Positions 13,078 through 19,252 of a stretch of 33,178 bases of DNA are shown piece after piece. This stretch comes from Alphaproteobacteria bacterium. Its GTDB lineage: Bacteria; Pseudomonadota; Alphaproteobacteria; Paracaedibacterales; CAITNM01. The notes beneath the pieces were generated by a model that was given only the letters and a program-made list of their open reading frames with translations, was not told the origin of the DNA and made no database searches. Numbering within the stretch: position 1 is the stretch's first letter; each line of letters opens with the position of its first letter. The stretch is from assembly GCA_947499175.1 (NCBI GenBank), contig CANMNU010000002.1:1-33178 (forward strand). The letters are read 5' to 3'. The position numbers were made by a program, and so were the translations under genes.

Positions 13078-13154
13078 TGGCAGGAGAGGAGGGGCTCGAA
13101 CCCACAACCTTCGGTTTTGGAGACCGACGCTCTAGCCAATTGAGCTACACTCCT
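13078..13154 (-). tRNA. trnW: tRNA-Trp (anticodon CCA), CCA-3' encoded
   Basis: The reverse complement folds as AGGAGTG-TA-GCTC-AATTGGCTA-GAGC-G-TCGGT-CTCCAAA-ACCGA-AGGTT-GTGGG-TTCGAGC-CCCTC-CTCTCCT-G-CCA (77 nt). It closely resembles E. coli tRNA-Trp. There are two U-U mismatches, at 6:67 and 50:64. It occupies the classic position upstream of secE. Confidence 0.9.
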
Positions 13155-13223
13155 GTGCATTGCATTTTTCTTGCAACCATTTTTGTTTTAGTTGAAACTT
13201 TTAAAATTGTCCAGAAAAATCTC

Positions 13224-13252
13224 TTGCAATTTTATATTTAAGCGGCTATACA
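13224..13252 (+). promoter_or_regulatory. Candidate sigma70-type promoter for tRNA-fMet
   Basis: TTGCAA (13224-13229), a 17-nt spacer, then TATACA (13247-13252), which ends 13 nt before the tRNA 5' end. Confidence 0.3.
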
Positions 13253-13265
13253 TAAAAAACATTGT

Positions 13266-13342
<77 letters not shown>

Positions 13343-13393
13343 ATCATAGAAACGCTTTGTGTCTGTGTTCTCTTTGTGTTTAAAATTTGTCGG

Positions 13394-13414
13394 GTATACC
13401 CAGGGTATACTTTT
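13394..13414 (+). terminator. Weak hairpin plus T-run downstream of tRNA-fMet
   Basis: GTATACC-CAG-GGTATAC followed by TTTT. It overlaps the perfect 10-bp palindrome GGGTATACCC (13392-13401). Confidence 0.25.
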
Positions 13415-13462
13415 GGCTACAAATGCTGATAACTTCTGAGGGGCTATTTCGCTTGATCTTTC

Positions 13463-13573
13463 CTATTTGCAGAATGTGAGAATCTCAACCATCTTAGTGA
13501 ACGTTGGACGCTTCACTCCGGTTAATCGACGAAACTTCTCTTCCTGTAATTCTTTAATCTGATCGTATTTCAT
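13463..13573 (-). pseudogene. Truncated N-terminal fragment of an IS5-family-like transposase (36 codons)
   Basis: Minus-strand GGAGGAAGAC-ATG, then MKYDQIKELQEEKFRRLTGVKRPTFTKMVEILTFCK-stop. The ...FRRLTGVKRxTFxKMVEIL... helix-turn-helix start recalls IS5-family transposases common in intracellular alphaproteobacteria (from memory). No DDE domain follows. Confidence 0.5.
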
Positions 13574-14031
13574 GTCTTCCTCCGATCAGTCCTTTTTTAC
13601 ATAATTTTATCTAATTGTCTGGTTTCGAAAGAAGTCTATTATTGGCATAATTTTGTCCAAGATTTATCAAGAGCAAGAAAATCTGGGCAACATAGAAATT
13701 TTAGAGATCATCAAAAGATTTTCGCCAATCCTTGGTGCCATATCATTTTAGACGGGTTTTATCAGTTTAAAGATGTAGCTGAGGCAATTGATTTAGAGCA
13801 AATGATTACCAATTTGGTTTTTGATTTTGATAAAGCAAGCAAGGCTACAACTAAAAATGATGAAAAAGCCAATTCCAATGATGCAATCAAGAAGCAGCGC
13901 AAGAGCAGGGTTAAGGCTCAAACGCAACGCAGCTTAAATGCTCATGTCCGAGTTCAGATAGATGTGAGAATTTTTGAGGGGGCGAGCGCGCTTTAAATCG
14001 TGCCATAGCGAGCCCTCCCCTTGTAAGTATA

Positions 14032-14079
14032 AAAAGGTCTCAAAGATAGGTTTGTAACCACCAAACTAGGAGACCTTTT
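14032..14079 (+). promoter_or_regulatory. Hairpin sequestering the transposase Shine-Dalgarno
   Basis: AAAAGGTCTC (14032-14041) pairs with GAGACCTTTT (14070-14079), a 10-bp stem. The inner pairing is GGTTTG/CAAACT. The 3' arm overlaps the AGGAG SD located 8 nt before the ATG at 14080. Confidence 0.4.
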
Positions 14080-14269
14080 ATGCAAATCAAAGGATTGCAC
14101 AAGAATATATATAAATTCTATGCTTACGCTCGTACACATGAATGTTTAGATGTCTATCGTCAAGAAATACCAACATATGGTACAATGCTGGCAAAAGCTT
14201 GCCTCTGAAGGCATTAGTCTTAAGCTATTGCAGGAAATCGTTGGCATCAGTCGAGCCATCTATTACCGC

Positions 14270-14319
14270 TACAGAAAGATTTTAAAAAAACTAGTACAGA
14301 AAGATTTTAAAAAAACTAG
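14270..14319. repeat. Perfect 25-bp tandem duplication (2 x TACAGAAAGATTTTAAAAAAACTAG)
   Basis: Copy 1 is 14270-14294 and copy 2 is 14295-14319, and they are identical. Removing one copy restores the reading frame across ...YRYRKILKKLEKGITPPSKKRFKLNKPKWGESRKQLVLQIRRDNPTYGKEK... Confidence 0.95.
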
Positions 14320-14708
14320 AAAAAGGCATAACCCCTCCTTCTAAAAAACGTTTCAAACTTAATAAACCAAAGTGGGGTGAGTCACGCAAACAACTGGTGC
14401 TCCAGATCAGGCGAGATAATCCAACTTATGGTAAAGAAAAAATCGCTATCATCTTAAAGCGCGATTATGGGCAAACCATCAGTCAAAGTGCAGTTGGTAG
14501 AATTTTAAAATATTTGAAAGTAAAGGGACTTATCACTAGGTCTACATCGACCCTACGCACTAAACGAAAACGGGTATTTAAAAAACATGCAAAGGCTTGG
14601 ACCTTTAAGGATTACGAAACCATGAACCTTGGAGAACTTGTCCAAATTGATCACATGACCGTGACAAAAAATGGTATCACTATCAAGCATTTCCAAGGCT
14701 AGAAAAGG

Positions 14709-14802
14709 AAGTCAAAGTCAAAGTCAAAGTCAAAGTCAAAGTCAAAGTCAAAGTCAAAGTCAAAGTCAAAGTCAAAGTCAAAGTCAAAGTCAAAGTCAAA
14801 GT
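14709..14802. repeat. Hexanucleotide microsatellite (AAGTCA) x15 plus partial copy
   Basis: There are 15 perfect head-to-tail AAGTCA units at 14709-14798, then AAGT. The array is in frame with the upstream transposase frame and encodes (Lys-Ser)n. Confidence 0.99.
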
Positions 14803-15237
14803 ACATAGATGCTGGGGTTTTTTCTCACGCCAAAGCTAGCAGCGCGAAACGATTTTTACTGGATTTTGCGAGCCCTTTTCGTAATTAAATCAGTCCAGGT
14901 CGATGGAGGATCAGAATTTATGGCAGCGTTTGAAGATGCTTGTGCCCAACTCAAGATTCCCCTAATTATTTTACCACCTAGAAAGCCATAATATAACGGT
15001 GGTGTTGAGCGAGGTAATAGCACCTTTAGAGAAGAGTTTTATAACCGATCCGATTTTTTAGAAGATTTTGTCAGAGGTATGCAAACTGCGTTAAGTAAGG
15101 CTCTTATAAAATATAACACCTACAGACCACATCGAAACTTGAAAGGTTTAACCCTAATGAAGTATATTGAAAACACCTTATCGGATACCTCTATTTTGTC
15201 TCATTCAATATGAACCCGCACAGCTTGATTTTTAGAC

Positions 15238-15266
15238 TTGACGAATGCCATCACATCTATTAAGTT
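15238..15266 (+). promoter_or_regulatory. Candidate promoter for the glycan operon, with the -35 inside the IS right end
   Basis: TTGACG (15238-15243), a 17-nt spacer, then TAAGTT (15261-15266), about 40 nt upstream of the ATG at 15305. The -35 hexamer lies within the candidate right inverted repeat of the IS. Confidence 0.3.
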
Positions 15267-15304
15267 CTGTTCATGAACACAAGTTTACGATTTGTTAACT
15301 TTTG

Positions 15305-15883
15305 ATGGCAGCTTTTCAAAACACTAGGGAACAGACGGAACAAAAGGTGATGGTGCATCTCCTGACTGAGATTGACCGCAATCCTTCCTTTACTCAGCGT
15401 GGTTTGGCAAGTGAATTAGGAATTGCCCTAGGTTTGATGAATCAGTATTTAAAGAGTTGTGTCACTAAGGGATGGATTAGGGCATCGCAACTTTCACCGC
15501 GTCGGATTACTTATTTTTTGACCCCTGATGGTTTTAAAGAAAAAAGTTCTATGGTTACTGACTATTTGGCGCGTTCATTAACTTTTTTTCGAGATGCCAA
15601 AGCGCAAGTTGAGGAAGCTTTTAATAACTGCCATAAACAGGGTTGGAAAAAGGTTGCTTTAGTAGGCGAGGGGGATTTGGCGGATATTGCCAAGCTTGTT
15701 TCTCATGCTACTAACATTCAAGTTAATCTAGTTGCTATAAATTCAGATTTTACAAGTTTTGATGCGGTTATGATTACTGACGTGGTTAATCCGCAAGGCA
15801 CCTATGATGTGCTCAAAGGCAAGGTTGAGTACAATCATTTATTGGCTTTGAGGCTTTTACATATTTCAAAGGTGGCGCCATGA
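15305..15883 (+). CDS. Winged-helix (MarR/EPS-associated type) transcriptional regulator with C-terminal Rossmann-like domain
   Basis: The track ORF starts at TTG 15302, but the ATG at 15305 is more likely. The N-terminal ~100 aa (LLTEIDRNPSFTQRGLASELGIALGLMNQYLKSCVTKGWI...YFLTPDGFKEK) resembles the small MarR-type regulators found in exopolysaccharide loci. The C-terminal ~90 aa has a GxGxxA fingerprint (KKVALVGEGDLADIA). The stop overlaps the next start (ATGA). Confidence 0.65.
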   Translation: MAAFQNTREQTEQKVMVHLLTEIDRNPSFTQRGLASELGIALGLMNQYLKSCVTKGWIRASQLSPRRITYFLTPDGFKEKSSMVTDYLARSLTFFRDAKAQVEEAFNNCHKQGWKKVALVGEGDLADIAKLVSHATNIQVNLVAINSDFTSFDAVMITDVVNPQGTYDVLKGKVEYNHLLALRLLHISKVAP

Positions 15884-16380
15884 TCAATTGGTTTGTAGCC
15901 CATACCCATCCTTTAAAGGAAATCATTGCCCAGCAGCATTTGTTGGAGCAGGGTTTTGAAGTCTATCTGCCAAGATTTAAAAAAATTCGGCGACATGCGC
16001 GCAAAGTTGAGGAAGTTTTGGTGCCATTGTTTCCACGTTATATATTTATTGGTATGAACATGGAGGTGGCAAGGTGGCGCAGTGTTAATGGAACCCGTGG
16101 TGTTTCTTATTTACTGACCAATTATGATCGTCCTGCTGTGGTGCCCAACTACGTTATTGAAAATTTAAAGTCCCATGAAATTGCCTATGGAATTGTGCCT
16201 GTAAATAGCTTGATTACTTTTGCAAAAGGTGACAAAGTTCGCGTAACCGATGGGGCATTTCAAGATCAAATTGCAATTTTTGAAATGCTTGATGATAAGC
16301 AAAGAGTGCAGTTGTTGTTAAGCTTTTTGGGTAAAGAAATAAAGGTTGCTTTGCCTGATTATATGGTGGAAGCGGCTTAA
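15880..16380 (+). CDS. rfaH-like: RfaH-like specialised NusG paralog (operon-specific antiterminator)
   Basis: 166 aa. It is colinear with E. coli RfaH as recalled: WF..H...KE..A..HL..QGFE.YLP, PLFPRYIF, NGTRGVSYLL...RPAVVP..VI, and the KOW segment KGDKVRVTDGAFQDQIAIFEMLDDKQRVQLLLSFLGKEIKV. It is distinct from the housekeeping nusG at 12223-12756. Confidence 0.8.
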   Translation: MINWFVAHTHPLKEIIAQQHLLEQGFEVYLPRFKKIRRHARKVEEVLVPLFPRYIFIGMNMEVARWRSVNGTRGVSYLLTNYDRPAVVPNYVIENLKSHEIAYGIVPVNSLITFAKGDKVRVTDGAFQDQIAIFEMLDDKQRVQLLLSFLGKEIKVALPDYMVEAA

Positions 16381-16455
16381 AACTAAATTCACCAGGTGTG
16401 GATATATTAATTTTAGTGGTCTCGGGCAAGCTTGGTGTGCAAGTGCACCCGGACT

Positions 16456-16463
16456 GCGGTAGC
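16456..16463 (+). promoter_or_regulatory. ops-like motif (GCGGTAGC) in the leader after the RfaH-like gene
   Basis: ACTGCGGTAGCTATGG matches 8 contiguous nt of the enterobacterial ops element GGCGGTAGCGTG on the non-template strand. It lies between the RfaH-like stop (16380) and the likely ABC exporter start (GTG 16485). Confidence 0.35.
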
Positions 16464-16484
16464 TATGGTGGAGTAAAATTAAAC

Positions 16485-18245
16485 GTGGCATCGCCTTCAA
16501 TTTATTCGGCAATTTTAAAACTACGATCGTTGCTTACCCGTGAAGAAAAATTAAAGTGGGTTGGTATTATTTGTTTTGCTTTAATGACTTCGGTGTTAGA
16601 GGTGATAACTGCATCTGTCATTGTAGTATTCGCTCAAGTTTTAAATCAACCGGAAGTTGGGCAAAAATATTTGAGTATGGTGGGGTTTGCTCCTCACTTA
16701 TCGCCAGCGCGAGTCTTGTTTTTTATAGCCATAATTGTTGGAATAATTTATTTAGTAAAAAACTTAGTTGCTGCTGCAGAAGTATTTTTTCAAAATTTTT
16801 CAATTCAAAAAATAAATTACCAGTTTAAAAATAAATTACTGCACCGTTATGCTGAGGCTGATTACGGATTTTACTTAACGCGAAATTCATCCTTAGGGCT
16901 AGCAGTTGTTACTGAAGTTGACCTAATATGTTCAGGTGGCATGCTATCAATTGCGACTATTTTATCAGAAGAAATTATCTTTTTATCTTTAGTGTGTTTG
17001 GTCGTTTTTATGAACCCATCTTTAGCTCTAACCATTTTTGCAATTACGATGCTTTTTGGCCTGCTTCTTTCCAAAATAATGTTTCCGCAGTTTTATCGCT
17101 GGGGGCAAAGGTTGCAAGATGCCGGGCTTAATAGTGGGCAAAACTTATTGCAGTTTTTTCATGGTTTTAAAGAAATTGTGTTACTTGGTAAACGTGAAGC
17201 TTTTATTGATGCATACAAATTTCATTCTTTAAAAAAATCGCAAGTTCAGGCGCTGCAAACTGCTACCAATACTTTGCCTCGATTGGTTATAGAGGTTCTT
17301 TTTGTAGGGGTGTTTGTAACGACTGTTGCCATTATGTGCCTTGATCATGAAAGCCCCACTCAAATGATTGGTTTACTTGGTGGATATCTTTATGCTGGGT
17401 TCAGGCTTATGCCTGGATTGAATCGTATTATTAATATGCTTAATACATTTAAATCAGTAATTCCTTCAATTGAACGAGTGTATAAAGAATACACATCAGT
17501 TGCTGCAAAAGAAAATTATGTTGATGTGCCTGATTTTGCATTTCAAAATTCAATCAACTTAACTGGTGTTAGTTTTAGCTATTTAAACACCGAAAAAGAT
17601 GCGTTAAAGAACGTTTCTTTTGAGGTTAAAAAAGGTGAATGTATTGGCATCGTTGGTGAAACTGGTTCTGGAAAATCAACTTTAGTAGATTTAATGTTGG
17701 GCCTTTTGCGTCCATATAAAGGTGCTATTTTAATTGATGCTAAACATCCGGTTAATTCATACCAATGGCACCAAAAAATTGGTTATGTGCCCCAGTCGAT
17801 TTATTTAACTGATGATACGATTGCGGCCAATATAGCTTTTGGTGAAAAAGAGGTTGATGTGCAAAGGCTTAATGCAGCAATTGATGCCGCTCAATTGAGC
17901 AAGTTCATTGAGCAGTTGCCAGATGGTGCTAAAACAGTGGTTGGAGAGCGTGGTGTTCGTTTATCTGGGGGGGAGCGTCAACGAATTTCGATTGCTCGTG
18001 CGCTTTATCGTAACCCTGAGGTTTTGATTTTTGATGAGGCAACATCTGCCTTAGATAATGAAACCGAGGCGAAGTTGATGGAAACAATTCACAGCGTTAG
18101 TAAAAATCGCACGGTGATTATGATTGCCCATCGCCTGACAACACTTAAAGATTGTGATCGTATTGTGATGATGGATGGTGGAATGGTGAGGCAGATTACT
18201 GCATATGAAAATCTTCAGAAAGATAATATAAAAAGCCATGCTTAA
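16485..18245 (+). CDS. ABC exporter, fused permease/ATPase (MsbA/PglK-like)
   Basis: Six-helix TMD followed by an NBD with Walker A GETGSGKST, signature LSGGERQRISIARAL and Walker B VLIFDEATSALD. The track start is GTG 16398. I prefer GTG 16485 (VASPSIYSAILKLRSLLTREEKLKW...), which is preceded by GGTGGAG. The first in-frame ATG is much further downstream. The stop overlaps the pseB start by 8 nt. Confidence 0.85.
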   Translation: MASPSIYSAILKLRSLLTREEKLKWVGIICFALMTSVLEVITASVIVVFAQVLNQPEVGQKYLSMVGFAPHLSPARVLFFIAIIVGIIYLVKNLVAAAEVFFQNFSIQKINYQFKNKLLHRYAEADYGFYLTRNSSLGLAVVTEVDLICSGGMLSIATILSEEIIFLSLVCLVVFMNPSLALTIFAITMLFGLLLSKIMFPQFYRWGQRLQDAGLNSGQNLLQFFHGFKEIVLLGKREAFIDAYKFHSLKKSQVQALQTATNTLPRLVIEVLFVGVFVTTVAIMCLDHESPTQMIGLLGGYLYAGFRLMPGLNRIINMLNTFKSVIPSIERVYKEYTSVAAKENYVDVPDFAFQNSINLTGVSFSYLNTEKDALKNVSFEVKKGECIGIVGETGSGKSTLVDLMLGLLRPYKGAILIDAKHPVNSYQWHQKIGYVPQSIYLTDDTIAANIAFGEKEVDVQRLNAAIDAAQLSKFIEQLPDGAKTVVGERGVRLSGGERQRISIARALYRNPEVLIFDEATSALDNETEAKLMETIHSVSKNRTVIMIAHRLTTLKDCDRIVMMDGGMVRQITAYENLQKDNIKSHA

Positions 18246-19251
18246 AAATTTTCTAATAAAAACGCCAGATCTAAATAATAAAACCATTTTGGTAACGGGT
18301 GGAACAGGCTCGTTCGGCAACCAGTTTGTGCAAACGATTATTGATAATTATTCCCCAAAAAAATTGATTATTTTCTCCAGAGATGAACTTAAGCAATACG
18401 AAATGGCGCAGAACTTTCCTGACAGTAAGCATGAATTTATGCGTTATTTTATAGGTGATGTGCGTGATTATAGCCGTTTAGAAATGGCTTTGCGTGGAGT
18501 TGATATTGTAATTCATGCAGCTGCTTTAAAGCATGTGACAATTGCAGAATACAATCCGTATGAATGCATTCACACAAACGTTATTGGTGCAGAAAATCTT
18601 GTGCGTGCATCTTTAAGAAATGGTGTTAGCCATGTGTTGGCGCTTTCTACCGATAAGGCTGTTAGCCCTATTAATCTGTATGGTGCCAGCAAACTTGCTG
18701 CAGAAAAAATATTTATTGCAGCTAATAATATACGTGGTACAGATCCGACGATATTTTCGGTTGTTCGCTATGGGAACGTAGTTGGATCTCGTGGGAGCGT
18801 GGTGCCATTTTTCAAGAAATTACTAAATGAAGGTGCAAAATCACTGCCGATCACTGATAACGAAATGACACGTTTTTGGATTACGTTGCAACAGGGTGTG
18901 GATTTTGTTTTGTCGAATCTAGCGCTAATGCAAGGTGGAGAAATTTTTATTCCAAAAATTCCTAGCATGAAAATTATAGATTTGGCGAGCGCTATTCAAC
19001 CAGGTATCGATACTCATGAAATCGGTATACGCCCTGGAGAAAAGCTACATGAATGCATGATTACTTCAGATGAAGCTTTGCAAACGGTTGATGTGGACGA
19101 CCGTTACACTATTCTTCCATCGTTTGTGGATCTAAGCTCTTGGCAATGTGGTGTCCAAACAACTCCGGTTGGCAAAAGAATGGTCTATTCAAGCGAAACC
19201 AACACAGAATGGCTTAATACAAATCAACTTACAAAAATGATTGATAGTTAA
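18238..19251 (+). CDS. pseB: UDP-N-acetylglucosamine 4,6-dehydratase (inverting), PseB/FlmA type
   Basis: 337 aa, colinear with H. pylori FlaA1/PseB: ILVTGGTGSFGNQF, SRDELKQYEM, FIGDVRD, IHAAALKHV.IAEYNP.EC, STDKA..PINLYGASKL, FSVVRYGNVVGSRGSVVPFFKKL, MTRFWITL, GGEIF.PKIPSMKI.DLA, IGIRPGEKLHE. Confidence 0.92.
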   Translation: MLKNFLIKTPDLNNKTILVTGGTGSFGNQFVQTIIDNYSPKKLIIFSRDELKQYEMAQNFPDSKHEFMRYFIGDVRDYSRLEMALRGVDIVIHAAALKHVTIAEYNPYECIHTNVIGAENLVRASLRNGVSHVLALSTDKAVSPINLYGASKLAAEKIFIAANNIRGTDPTIFSVVRYGNVVGSRGSVVPFFKKLLNEGAKSLPITDNEMTRFWITLQQGVDFVLSNLALMQGGEIFIPKIPSMKIIDLASAIQPGIDTHEIGIRPGEKLHECMITSDEALQTVDVDDRYTILPSFVDLSSWQCGVQTTPVGKRMVYSSETNTEWLNTNQLTKMIDS

Positions 19252-19252
19252 C

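Larger units (their letters stand above)
14080..15213 (+). pseudogene. rve/DDE (IS481-like) transposase pseudogene with multiple lesions
   Basis: The stitched frames read MQIKGL..., then SIVKKYQHMVQCWQKLASEGISLKLLQEIVGISRAIYYRYRKILKKL[25-bp dup]EKGITPPSKKRFKLNKPKWGESRKQLVLQIRRDNPTYGKEKIAIILKRDYGQTISQSAVGRILKYLKVKGLITRS...LVQIDHMTV...HFQG*KR(KS)nKYIDAGVFSHAKASSAKRFLLDFASPF/VIKSVQVDGGSEFMAAFEDACAQLKIPLIILPPRKP*YNGGVERGNSTFREEFY...YRPHRNLKGLT. The DDE triad context is visible (IDH, VDGGSEF, GGVERGN). The lesions are a probable frameshift near 14150, a 25-bp duplication, a TAG at 14700, a frameshift near 14880, and a TAA at 14989 replacing the Q of the KPQYNG motif. Confidence 0.8.
14021..15244 (+). 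mobile_element. Decayed IS481-like insertion sequence (~1.2 kb) with candidate imperfect terminal inverted repeats
   Basis: Left end TTGTAAGTATAAAAAGG (14021-14037) versus the reverse complement of the right end, TCGTCAAGTCTAAAAATC (15227-15244). About 13 of 16 positions match with one gap. These ends enclose a single rve-type transposase reading frame. No convincing target-site duplication. Confidence 0.5.

Noticed and set aside
13041-13241. 66-aa plus-strand ORF (MIASQMSRKNYQMAGEEGLEPTTFGFGDRRSSQLSYTPVH...).
   Set aside because: It is the antisense read-through of the tRNA-Trp gene. The EGLEPTT...QLSYTP peptide is the well-known artefact of translating a tRNA complement.
13392-13410. GGGTATACCC palindrome plus a repeated GGTATAC as a possible integrase att site or IS end.
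   Set aside because: There is no matching copy elsewhere in the window and no integrase gene nearby. It is more simply explained as a small terminator-like hairpin after the tRNA, and it is retained only as a low-confidence feature.
13802-13996. 64-aa ORF MITNLVFDFDKASKATTKNDEK...
   Set aside because: I did not call it as a gene. The frame is open well upstream of this ATG and continues a frameshifted remnant. There is no SD and no recognisable family. It is treated as part of a gene remnant (see findings).
14709-14802. Whether the tandem repeat array is a CRISPR array.
   Set aside because: The unit is 6 bp with no spacers, and it is in frame within a transposase pseudogene. It is a microsatellite, not CRISPR.
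14001-15250. Hexamer TGCCAT at 14001-14006 and at 15245-15250 as a possible target-site duplication of the IS.
   Set aside because: The right copy abuts the candidate right inverted repeat, but the left copy is 14 nt outside the candidate left repeat. The two cannot both be flush with the ends, so it is possibly coincidence or the left end is misplaced. I cannot decide without intact IS copies.
16398-16484. The 29-codon N-terminal extension of the ABC exporter from GTG 16398 (MDILILVVSGKLGVQVHPDCGSYGGVKLN).
   Set aside because: It starts only 18 nt after the previous stop without an SD, and it is atypical for ABC exporter N-termini. It would also make the ops-like motif coding. GTG 16485, with an upstream GGTGGAG, is preferred. 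This remains uncertain.
16214-16512. Two minus-strand ORFs (71 and 64 aa) across the RfaH-like/ABC junction.
   Set aside because: They lie antisense to a well-supported CDS and leader, with no motifs or initiation signals.
16556-17131. Alternative-frame and antisense ORFs inside the ABC transporter gene (16556-16828, 16871-17074, 16928-17131).
   Set aside because: They are embedded in the TMD-coding region of a strongly supported gene, and their translations are Cys/Phe-rich nonsense.
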